From the NCBI GenBank assembly GCA_965112735.1, contig OZ218962.1:496001-560000 (forward strand): 64,000 nt of DNA, read 5' to 3'. Under the pieces are notes generated by a model. It saw nothing but the letters and a program-made list of their open reading frames with translations, ran no database searches and was not told the DNA's origin. Source of the DNA: Phaeosaccion multiseriatum. Lineage: Eukaryota; Protista; Ochrophyta, other classes. The position numbers were made by a program, and so were the translations under genes. Within the stretch, counting starts at the first letter, position 1. Every line of letters starts with the position of its first letter. Shown in pieces: positions 24,197 to 36,039 of the stretch.

Positions 24197-26233
24197 GGCC
24201 AGCGGGGCAGAGGGAAAGCTTTTCCCTTTACTTGTATCTACCACTCACCCCCAGCCCCTGGAGAGACAAAGCCGATTTATCTTGCACTGAAGGTGGAGCA
24301 CTTAGGCCCGTAGCGCACACGCACTGAGTAGCCCACCACCTCGTGTCTAGACGTGCTACTGGGGGGTCGGCGTACAGGGGGGGGTGAAGAAGGAGGAGGG
24401 TGAGGGAGAAGAGGAGGGAGACAGACTGAGAATGGCCAGGGGGGGAAGCGCAAAAAGGGCGGTGATCAATGCGACTAGCGGCATGCATTCACATTGCCAC
24501 CTCCCGCAAACTCACTGCTCGGACGTACTTTGAAAGAAAAGCAGAGTCTGGCTCGCCGCATGTCACAGGACCGCACGCATCGACGGGGTCTATAGCAGGC
24601 ACCTCGTTGGGTGACTGGGGCAACCTTGGTGACATGATAGAAAAAGGGGGATTAGTCGAAGGCTTTTCTTCGCACTGAGTGGCACCTACACAAATCAGGG
24701 ACTTCGCGTTTTCAATGTATTTGTTGTCTTTCTTCTTCATCCCTCACGCTCACGTTCCTTTCACACAAAGAGTCGGGTTTTCGTTTGAGAGAGGGATGAG
24801 ATATGAGAAGAGCCAACGCTCTGCTTACCAAGCTGCAACAATGCGTTGAAGGCCTTGCCCCAATATTCCACAGCAGACCTCTCTTTTTTTGGGTCGAGAG
24901 CTTTGGTTTGTTGGATTGAGTAACTTCAAGGAACCTTGAAGTGCCATCCTTGATATCTGTGAGTCCAGATGTCGAACATGCAAAGGAAAAAAAAATTCCT
25001 TCTTCCTTCTCTCTTTCCCCCTCCCTTACACACAATCCACCAGCCAAGCACGTACAAGGAACAGAGGGATTATAACAAGCAAAGCGCAAGATGAATCTGG
25101 GAATGGGCGTCGTGAAAAGGGTAAGCATCTTATCCCTTCCGAAACCCTTCCCCACCTTGATCCTTGTTCCGAGTTCTGCCTGTATCCTTCTTCTGACCAG
25201 CTTCACTTGGATCTGTCCTCGTGCCCCTCTCCTGCCTCTCTCTATTCCCTCCTCCTCATTATCCCTGTCATTGCGCTGCACTCTCTTGTTCCCTCCCTCC
25301 CAAAGCTTGGAAGGATGGGCGGGAGAGGCAAACGGTTGGGGCGGGGCAGGAGGAAGCATGGACATGGGCATGGGCACGCCCCGGCACATGGAGGGCAGCA
25401 AGCACACGCACACAACGGCGCTCATCAGGGTGGGGGTAGGAAGGTAAGGTGCCACTGCTGCTGGTGCTGCTGCTGGATGGGAAGGGGGTGGGTGAAGAAT
25501 CGACTAAGGCGAGGGGGAGTTCCCCGCTGCCTCCCCTTACTGCGCTCATAGGGAATGACATGTATCACGGACAGAAGATCTTTTGCGACGGGGATGGGCT
25601 TGGCCAGAGGGTGTGCGTGGCCGTCGTCAGGTGCGGCCCCGAACCCCCTTCACGGGGGAGCGAGGGCGGCGTGAGCTGTGCAACCGGCAGAAGGCGCCAC
25701 TGGAGGGATGCCTAATTTAAAGACCCTACGTGGCCTTAACCCGATTCTCGAGTCTTTTTGCGCCGGACCCCTTCTTAAGCACCTGCTGCCTCCCTCCCCT
25801 CTCCATATCTGCTGCCCTCCGCTGCCATCTATCCTCAGCCGCGTGTGCGCAGGGGGAGGAACCCCGTGATGGGACCCTTGCGGAGGGTCATGATGAGGCT
25901 CCTAAAGATGCGTTAGTAAGGCGCTTAGATGAGGCTCTCCATAGTAGGGCATGGCAGTTGGTGATGCAGCACAGCAAGGAGAGGAGAGCTGAGCCAGGCA
26001 GAGGTCACAGCAGAGCACAGTAGAGGGCAGTAGAGGGCAGCAAAGCACAGCAGGGGAGAGTCGAGGAATGCGAAGCAGGGATCGTTTGGAGAGCAAGGAC
26101 AGAGCTGCAGCTGAACGAGGCGAAATTCATGGGCAAGAGTGGGCTGCAGACGAGAGACAAGAGAGAGTGCGAAAGGACCAGGTGATTTGTGGGGGTGAGT
26201 GGCAGCGGCGCACCATCGTCGCGAGGGGACAGA

Positions 26234-26268
<35 letters not shown>

Positions 26269-26272
26269 CGAA

Positions 26273-26310
<38 letters not shown>

Positions 26311-26888
26311 AGAGGGAGAAAGGGAGGGAGAGACACAGCGAAGACAGAGAGAGATGAGGAGGAGAGAGAGTCCTGCCGGTCCTCTTGTGGGACAGGTTGT
26401 TCGTGTTGGGTTGTGTTTGTACATAGTGGTCGAATGTCAAGGGAGGAAACGGTGTAGGGCTCATATCACAAGGGAAGGAAGGGCGGAAGGTTTATCTTGT
26501 CGCTCCCTACCCAGGGTTCCTATCCACGGGTCCTACGCAAGGGTTGTCTCCTTTCCCACAGCACCTTGGTGTTACAGAGAGAAGAGGGAAGCGCGTCCGC
26601 CCCTCACGTGCGTGAGCGTTTTTGGACTCACACACACACACAACACAGGCAATGCAAGAGAAATGACGCTTACGAAGGATAAAATGAAAGTGTGTTTTTA
26701 AATTAAAAATTAAAATGTAAGGCCAAGAGAGCAGAAGCGATAGCAAAGTATGTCACAAGTAGGTGAGCCCCTTGCTGTCCACCCCTTTGTACACTCACAG
26801 GCATTTTTTTTTTCTAATCTAGAGTATACTGTATTAATTTTAAAAAAAACCCATGATCATCATCATCAGAGTACGCGGTGTGCCTTCG

Positions 26889-27335
26889 TCATACTCTGCA
26901 GTCAGCGGGGACGTGAAATACGAAGGAGTGGGTGGTGTAGCGATACGGGTTGTTACAGGGGAGAATATCCCCCCCCCCCTCTGCCTTTCGCTTCGCGTAG
27001 AGCCTCTGACAGTGCTCTGCATCCAGCGTCCGCTCCACCACCCTCACTCGTACCCTTCCATCCATTGCCATCCTCCTCACCAACACCACGGTGGAGGAGC
27101 GTGTTGCAGTGAGAGGGCTGCCCACACAGTCGCCTTGCTCGTGAGGCAGTACGTGTACCCGAGAGAGTGGTTCTTCGTACGGTGCCGTCAGCGCGTCGTC
27201 GCCAGGCCCGTTTAGAGCACAGGGCGAGGAGTCTGCGAGGACATGGAAAAGCTTGCGCAGGAGCCCCTCTTCCTCTTCATCTTCTTCTTGGTCTTGGTCT
27301 TCTTGTCGTTCGTCTGGTGCCTCCTTCACCTCCTC

Positions 27336-27366
<31 letters not shown>

Positions 27367-29874
27367 AGCAGCAGCTTCCGTTCTTGCCTTTCTCTCTTCT
27401 CCTCGAAGACACCGCCTTCGACCAAGGCCTGGAGTATGAGCGAGGTGGGGGGGGCGAGGAGGACGCCGCGTGAGAAATCGATCTCTTGATGGACAACCTT
27501 TGGTTCATTGCTGGCTGAGCAGATATGAGCATGGGTAGGTTTAATCAACTCAAACTGAAACCTTAGACGTGCCTGCAGGAAGGCGCCCTTGCCGTGGAGG
27601 AGCTTCTCCCAGGGGGTGTCTAGGCCGGCGTTGCAGAGGCCGAATACCCCGGGGGGCAGACGCGTCTTGCTGTTGTTGCGCACCAGGTACAGCCCTGCAG
27701 CAGGCAGCAGGCAGGCATATGGACAGGCAGGCAATGGGCAGGCAGCAGTGAGCAGGCATATAGGCATACAGGCAGGGAGAAAGGGAGGCAGGCAGGGAGA
27801 CAGGGAGGGAGGGAGGCAGGCAGGCAGACAGACAGAGAGTGAGGGAGGAGATACCGCGGAGGTAAGGTACTTCCTCTGCGTCGAACTCTGGGCTCTGGGC
27901 TCTGCTCTCGGTATAAGGAATGAAAGTCTCCCTTGGCTCGAGACATTAGAGAGAGCCCACCCTCCTCCTCCTCCTCCTCCTCCCCTCCTGCCCCAGCAGA
28001 GGCATCTCTCGTCTTCGTCTTCCTCTCTTCCTTCCTTCCTTCATTCCTTCCCTCCCTCCCTCCCTCCCTCCCTCCTTGCCTCTTCCCTCTTCCCTATCCT
28101 ACCTGAAAAGATGTCCCCCACAAGGAGATTGAAACCGTCATATTCGTGCCCCGCCCGCGCCACGCTCTCCGCGTAGGCCTCTGCCACGCCCCCGGAAGAC
28201 GGGCGCAGAGCAACCCCGGGGGGCTGGTGGCGTTGAGTAGCCCCGGAGAGTTCTCCGCAGCAGTTCTCCTCCTCTTCCTCCTCGTCCTCCTCCTCCTCCT
28301 CCTCCTCTCCTCCTGCCATTGCTTGTGCCTCAGCGGCTTTAAGAAAGTCGAGCACGAGATTTCCACGGCTCTTATACAATCTCAACTTGCATTTCATGGC
28401 CCTGCGCACCCACCACGCCCCCCATGCCGCCAACCCTAGGGTGGAGGCCACGACGGCGTTGCGAAGGGCTACTCTCGACGTCAATGTCAATGCCGATGAA
28501 AACATCGATTTCGACATCCCCTCCCCTCCTCCTCCTCCTCCTCCTCCTCCTCCTCCTCCTCCTCCTCCTCCTTCCGCTTGCTGTTGCCCCTGACCGCGAG
28601 ACAGTACCAAGAGCGCGCCTACGCCCCCCCAGCCCGCCATAAGGGCTCCACCGAACGCGATTCGTCGCCGAATATAGCTGGGTGGGGCAGAGGGGGACGG
28701 AGGGAGGGGAGCTGGGTTGGTGACTGCGTGTGTGGTCGTGTTGGTTGGATATGCGCATGCGCACACGAACCGTGACATTGCTATCACTCGAACTCGCTCT
28801 GAAGAGTGAATAGTAATTGAAGTAAAAGCCACAAGCCGATCCGCAGGAGAAGCTGTTAATGGCGTCATACGCACACACGCACCTCCATTGGACAGTGGGG
28901 TTTCTCTGGTTGGTGAGCACGCTGAGAGCGCCGATCTTGCTCACTCCCAACCATGTGCCTCCACCCATCATATCCCTGCCTGAGAGAGGGAGGAGAGAGG
29001 ACACACAGAGAGAGAGAGGGGGAGAGAGAGAAGAGAGACAGAGAGGTAGAGAGAGAGGGATAGAGAGGGACAGACGATAGGACAAAGGAGGTGCGACAAG
29101 ACGATGAGGGAGGACCCGGTAAGGGGGAGAAGAGAGGAAGAGGACGCACAGCAAGAGCAGGCACGAGCGTTCATCGTGGCCCAGGTGTAGCCCAGAGTCT
29201 TAGATATTCGGTTGGTGGGTGGGTAAACTTCTACGCGAGCACCGAAAGACATTGAACAAAGTATTTCCCTCGTACCTGCCAGGACGTTCGGAAGCCCCTC
29301 GGCTTCCCAGAAGTGGGCCGCTTCGCTTGGTCGAGCGATGGCCTCGTCTCTGTTCGATGCCAGAATAAGAGCGTATCTGGAGATTCCATTCAGAAAGATA
29401 CGGGGGTAAGGGAGCGAAGTGGGCAGTGCAAGCGGAGGGAGAGGGAAGGCGGGGGAGGGCAGGGATCTCGACAGAGTGTAAGAGAGGAGAGAGAGAGAGA
29501 GGGGGGGGGGGGGAGTGGAGGGAAGAGGGAGAGGGGGGGGGAAGATGGACGGAGAGAGAAGGGGGGGGGAAGAGAAGGAGAGAGGGAGAGAGAGATAGAG
29601 AGGACATCGAGGAAGAAAGAGGGAAAGGGGGAGAGAGAGAGAGAGGGAGGGAGAGAGAGATAGAGAGAGAGAGAGAGAGCGAGAGAGAGAGCGAGAGCGA
29701 GACGGAGAGAGAGAGGGAGAGAGAGAAAGAGCAACAAAGCGAAAGATCCACCTACTTGCTGCTCAAAGGCATAGCGTTGGCCCTCTCATCCGGGCCAGAG
29801 CACCGCTGCTGGCCCTTGCTCTGGCATCCATCATCACTTTCCGGGATGCCGTTGAAGAGGAAGAGGATGCACAT
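26889..29874 (-). CDS. TANGO2: TANGO2 / NRDE-family protein, multi-exon
   Basis: MCILFL start, LILASNRDE, GRDMMGGGTWLGVS, LTN, SRGNLVLDFL, YDGFNLLVGD, GVFGLCNAGLDTPWEK, and TRSSTVVLV...ERT are all hallmark NRDE motifs. Confidence 0.85.
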
Positions 29875-30144
29875 AACCAAGAATACTGCCCCTCCTACAG
29901 CGTCTAGTTTGGATATGTTTTCTATGAGAAGGCACAACAAACATAACAGGTGGAAAACAGGTGGACAATCGAAAAAGAACTCTTCTCTTTATACCCTCCG
30001 CGCCGCCCTCGTGCAAAAGTGCAAAAGATAAATGACAGAAAATTTCAGTTTTCGGTCTCACAGTTTCATCGATCATCCTAGGCCCTAAAAGTAACGAGAG
30101 AGAGACTTACTTTACTTACCCACGCCGGCAGGAAGAGGCTCCTT

Positions 30145-31445
30145 ATGGTGCGAGGCCGGCGGGAAGAGCTGCAGGGAAGCCCCCAGGTCGTCCCGGAGGC
30201 GGTGAGCCTCGCCCTGAACAAGAAGCTCCCTGACGATATTTGGCTTGCGAGGTGGCAGAAAAGAGGAGTGGCCCGAGGGGACAGGCGCAGGAAGCTCTCG
30301 CCGCCTCCTCCTGGACAGGATGTACCGCAGGAAGGAGGAGGGGGAGGGGCATCCTCCTTGTCGTCCGTCAGCCCCTACTTGATCGCTGCAGAGGAGGCCC
30401 TGAGTGGTCTGTCCCGACTCAATCGGAGCAGCAGTCTAGGAAGTGCTGCACCAGGGAAGGGTGCCCATCCTCGGCGCCGAAAGCGCGTTCGGGCGAGGGT
30501 AGAGGGGCGCTCCAACAACGAGAATGTCTTCGTGTTCAAACCATCCAATCCTCGAGCTTGGGTCTTGGCCGAGGATGAGGAAAGAGACAACACGTCCCTG
30601 CGGCTACGACGGGATCATGAGGAGGAGGACAACATGGTGCTGAACGGCCTCACTTCTGCCGAGGTGTGGGAGCAGCAGCACCCCAGCAGCCCGCAGCAAC
30701 CCCGGCCCTGTCTTCCCGGCCTCCAAGGAGCTAAGGCAGGCGCTGGGGGGGCTGCTACTGGTACAGAGGAGGGCAGCAGCGCGGCCCCACACCAGCAGCA
30801 GCCGCAGCATCATGTTGCTAACGACGAGGAGGGAAGCGTCGACAGCAGTCTCGACGGTTTGCAAGACAACCCCACAAAAAAGGCTGGTGGTGGCGGGGGC
30901 GGGGGGAGCGGCAGCAGGCCACGCGGTACAATCGACTCGAAAGTGCTTGAGGAGAAGAAGATGCTGCTGCCGTACATGGACCAGCTCGCCTACATCGAGC
31001 TCAGTCTGCAGGAGCGGGGCAACCCCAGCGCCGCCGCTCTGGCTGTGGAGAACGAGCAGGCGCGGCTCTCGGTAAGTAGAGAGACTGGAACTGGAACTGA
31101 GACTGATTTGCAATGGAAAGGGGCGAGACTGAATTTGAGACGATGTGTGCCCACCGGCACCTTGAACCATAGGCCTTTGCTACTCCGACTAGCACATAAT
31201 ATCGCCAACCTGTTGAAAAGGCCTTCCCTTACGGTCCATTTCAGGGCGTGACTGAATGACCTCAAGAAGAGAGGAAACCCTCTCACTCACGAAGTCACTG
31301 ACTCACACCGTTGCTGTACTGCCATCTAACACAGGTGCAAGCCTTCCAAGAGACGTACTTCTTCAAGGAGGGCCTGGCGTTGGCCAAGCTTGGCCGCAGG
31401 GGACGCAGGAACATGGACGAGTACCTCGGCAGGGGCAAGAGGAAG

Positions 31446-31488
<43 letters not shown>

Positions 31489-34400
31489 GGCAGCAGCAGC
31501 AGCAACAGGGGCAGCAGTTGTTGGCACCGCAGCAACAGGAGGGCGGGATGGGGCCGGCGAGAGCCGTCTCTGTAGCCGCCCACGTAGCGGGTGACGGGGC
31601 TGCGGTACTGCTGCCCGGCGGGCCCAGCCCTAAGCGCCTCAAGCCTCTACACTCCCCGAGGGCCGGTAGCAGCTGTAGGGAGGGAAGCAGTAGTGTGGGC
31701 CGACAATTGCCTGTGCCCGAACAGCTCGGGGGGGGCAGGTTCAGCGGGGCTCCTCTCGCGGCATCAGGAGGAGAGGCAGGAGGAAGAGGGGGGGGCGGAG
31801 AGGGAGAGGGAGAGGAAGGGGCAGGATCCATGGGCAGCGGCAGGGGGGGGCTAAAGCGCCCTCGTCCTTCCTCTTCGTCCTCCTCCACCTCTTCTGCGCC
31901 ATTTGCAACTGTGCGACCCCAGCAGCAACAGCAGCAGCAGCAGTTGGTGATACAGCAGAGGCTCATCTCGAATACACCACCGTCTTCTCTCTTTGGCAGC
32001 GGCGGCGAAGGAGGGCAAAGGCCCATGGCCGAGAACGTCAAGTCTCCTGCCGAATCACCAACTCCTATACCACCACCATCCGCCCCCCGCAGCGCGACTG
32101 GCTGCAAGCTCGTCCGACGCTACGCAAGCTTCTGCCTCTTGGCCGGCATCGACGAGAACAACGTGAGCCTCTACTTCCAACCCCAGTCCCAGCAGCAGTT
32201 GGTGGTACAGCAGCGGCCAGACTTGACATCAGGTAGTGTCAGCGGTAGTGTCAGGACGGGCAGTGTCGTTACTGGCGGCGGCAGTACGAGTGTCAGGACC
32301 GGCCCTCCTGGCAGGCCCATGACCTGGCTGCTGAGGATGATGGAAGTGGCGTGCGACCGGGCGTGGGAGGCGGAGGAGAGCACCGCAGAGGGAGGCATCA
32401 CAGCAGGTGCGCGTATGTGTGTGTGTGTGCGCGTGTGTGTGCGTGTGTGTGCGTGTGTGTGCGTGTGTGTGTGTTTTGCTAGGGAGAGGGCGGCAGAACT
32501 TCACAGCCTAACTTCCAAACTACTCTTATCTTAACGACGTACTTCGAAGTACTTCGTAGTACTGACTTGTGCCCTGACTTCACTGACTTACACTCCAGAG
32601 CGTGCCCTAGCTCGGGCCCGTCAGCGCGCAGCAGCAAAGCAACGCAAGGCTGTGGGGGCCGAAGACGTGTACTTGCTTGAAGCAGCTGCAGACGCTGATG
32701 CAGACCTCAGAGGGGTGGGCAAGGTGGAGCAGAGGAGAACCAGGGCCAGGGCCATGAAGAGGTGGGTTACATCACTCTTTCTCTCTCCCAGTCTCTCTGT
32801 CTCTGCGTTTGTCTCTGTCTCATTGCCTCTCTACGTGTCTCACCGTACCTCTCCCCTCTCTCTCTCTCTCCGTATGTCTCACCTTATCTCCCCCCCCCCC
32901 CCCTCTGCCTGTCTCTGTCTCTATCTGTCTCTCTCTCCCTTTCTCTCTCCTCTCTCTCTCTCTGTCTCTCCTCCCTTTCTCTCTCTCTCTCTCTCCCCCT
33001 TTCTCTATCCTTTGTCTCTCTCTCTCCCTCTCTCCCTCTCTCTCTCTCTCCCCCCCCCTTTCTCTCTCCTTTGTCTCTCTGTTTCTCTTACACACGCACC
33101 CCCCCCCCCCCCCCCATATTCCTCTGCTCTCTTGCAGTGGAGCCGGATGGGGTCTGTCAGCCTCGACTGCCAAGGCGGGGACGGTGGAGCAAAGCATTGT
33201 CCGCTTGCCTCAGGTGAGGAGGAAGATCGCCAGTCTCTGTCAGTCATTCACGCAGTCAGTTAGTCAGTCAGTCAGTCAGTCAGTCAGTCAGTCAGTTAGT
33301 CAGTCAGTCAGTCAGTCAGTCAGTCAGTCAGTCAGTCAGTCAGTCAGTCAGTCAGTCAGTCAGTCAGTCAGTCAGTCAGTCAGTCAGTCAGTCAGTCAGT
33401 CAGTCAGTCAGTCAGTCAGTCAGTCAGTCAGTCAGTCAGTCAGTCAGTCAGTCAGTCAGTCAGTCAGTCAGTCAGTCAGTCAGTCAGTCAGTCAGTCAGT
33501 CAGTCAGTCAGTCAGTTAGTCAGTCAGTCAGTCAGTCAGTCAGTCAGTCAGTCAGTCAGTCAGTCAGTCAGTCAGTCAGTCAGTCAGTCAGTCAGTCAGT
33601 CAGTCAGTCAGTCAGTCAGGCAGTCAGTCAGTCAGTCAGTCAGTCAGTCAGTCAGTCAGTCAGTCAGTCAGTCAGTCAGTCAGTCAGTCAGTCAGTCAGT
33701 CAGTCAGTCAGTTAGTCAAGTTAGTCAGTCAGTCAGTCAGTTAGTCAGTCAGTCTGTTAGTCAGTCAGTCAGTCAGTCAGGCAGTGAGTCAGTCAGTCAG
33801 TCAGTCAACCAACCAGTCAGTCCTTCAGTCAACCCACCCAATACCCCACCCACCCAACCACCCTCCCCCTCACCCCCTCGCACTCTCCTATACAGCCCAA
33901 ACAATAACAGATCACTACCTAACATTACATAACATTACCTAACATTCCATGACAAGACCTATCATAAATTTACATTGCCAAACCATACCTAACATTATGT
34001 AAGGTGCTATATGACCTACTGGAGAAGACCTACGGTGTCCCTTCCATTGTCCGCCGAGCTTGTATGGACTTTATCTCCCTCCTCGACTCGCACGAGGGCG
34101 ACCCCTCCTACCCCGAGCTGGCCTGCTTCAGTCTGCTGCTCAGGGAGATCTACTCCGATCAGGTAGGTGTGAGGGGTGTGAGGGTGGGAGGGTGAGATGA
34201 GTAGCTGTTGTGTCCTGTTGTCGTCTCGAATCGTACACTGTTGGCCAAGGATAGGTGAATATTGGTCAATTTCGGAGGGGACTTAGTCACCTAGCTAACG
34301 CAGTGGTGAGCGTGCCTGATTATCTCTCCTTCTGTAGTGATTGCCTTTAACCTTCCAAAGCATTGGGGTCTCTTTGACTGTCTCTGTCATCTGCTGGTAT

Positions 34401-36000
34401 GCTGGTGGCAGTTCATTCAGCTGAAACTAGAACTGAAATGGACAACGTCGAACTCAAAAACTGAAACTGAAAATGAACCAGGCGCTGGCGGTGTACCTGC
34501 TCGCAAGGGCGACGGCGCAAGAGCTCCTCGGACTGAAGCTTCAGTACCTCAGGGACAGGAGGCCCAAGGGGGGGCGCGGAGGAGGTGAGGGGGCTGAGGG
34601 TTGGGGTTGACTGGTTGGTTGGTTGGTTGGTTGCCTTCTGGGCTTGGCTTAGCTTGCTTGCTCTGCTTGCTTGCCTCCTCCTCCCCCTTCTCGTTCTTTT
34701 TCTCCTGTGTCCACCCACCCACCCACCCACCCACCCACCCACCCATCCACCCACCCACCCATCCAACCACCCACCCATCCAACCACCCACTCACCCACCC
34801 ACCCACCCACCCACTCCACTTTCCCACTCCCCACCCCCACCGCCCAATCTCCCTCACTCAGGAAACGGCGTGCTGTGGTCAGAGAAGAGGCTCCCGATAG
34901 AGCGAGCGGTGCTTCTTCGCCCCCACCTCAGACTGGGGGAGAGCGCGAGTGTGGTGTACATGTCAGAGGAGGCAACGGCTCTTGTGTTGGGGGTGTTTAT
35001 GAGGGGACTGAGTGCAGAGAAGAATGCTCTCAATGTAAAGTATGTGCTCGAGGAGCTGCTAGGGCCATCGGGAGGAGGAGGAGGAGGAGGAGGGGGGGGA
35101 GGAGGAGGAGGGGAAGGTGAAGGAGGAAGTGGTGATGATGGTGATGGTATCTGCTCTCCCTGGCAAGTGTGTGTCGTAAAGGACCATCGCGGTGACGAGG
35201 CAGAGGGGCGATACGTGTCTCTCCCCGCCCTTCTGGACGCGATGGCAGCTCACGTTCACAAGACACCTGACGACATTCTGGCGGCCGTCAAGAAGAGTAA
35301 AGGGAGTGGTAAGGGGTGTCAGGACGGCGCTGAGACCGGAGAGGACGAATTGGGCCTACTGGACAGGCTGAGTAAGACCATCGAAGTCGGACGGGAGAAG
35401 GTCAGGCTCGAGAGGAGGGTGGAGGGGGAGGCGAGAAGAACAGCCGCCTTACAGAAAGAGGTGGGCAAGTTGGAGAAGCGCCTGGCCACGCTGAGGCGGC
35501 GGGCGGAGGAAGAGGAGCGGGCGAGCAGGCGAGCGGGAGGAGGGGGGGGAGGAGGTAGCACTAAGTCAAAGAGGGCAGTTGGTGCTACGGCAAGCGGGGC
35601 AAGCAACTCCATCAAGGCTCTGGAGGCGATGGCAGCGGATGGCGCGCTCTCCGCGCAGATACAGCTTAAAAAGGCGGCGCTCGGGCGACAGATGGCAGTG
35701 GAGGTGCAACTGAGGAGCGATATCAACGGGGCAGAGCGACGCGTGGCCGCCACCTGGAAGGACATCATGGGGGAGGGGCCTTCAGCAGCAGCTGCTGCTA
35801 CTGCTGCTGTACCACCAACTGCTGACGATGCTTCTGTTGCCATAGTTGGTGAAGGCGAGTCTGTGGGCGAGGGAGAGGGGGAGAGAGAGGCCGAGGGGGG
35901 TGGCAGTGATGCGGCGGAGCAAGGCGATACAGCAGTTGGTCATACAGCAGGTGAAGGAGGAGGGGGGGGCAGCGACGAGAAGGAGAAGCCAAAGAAACAA

Positions 36001-36039
<39 letters not shown>

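Noticed and set aside
24250-26850. Possible gene(s), e.g. ORF 24712-25455(-) or + strand exon-like pieces near 25047-25121 and 25306-25443
   Set aside because: No recognisable domain and no consistent exon chain could be built.
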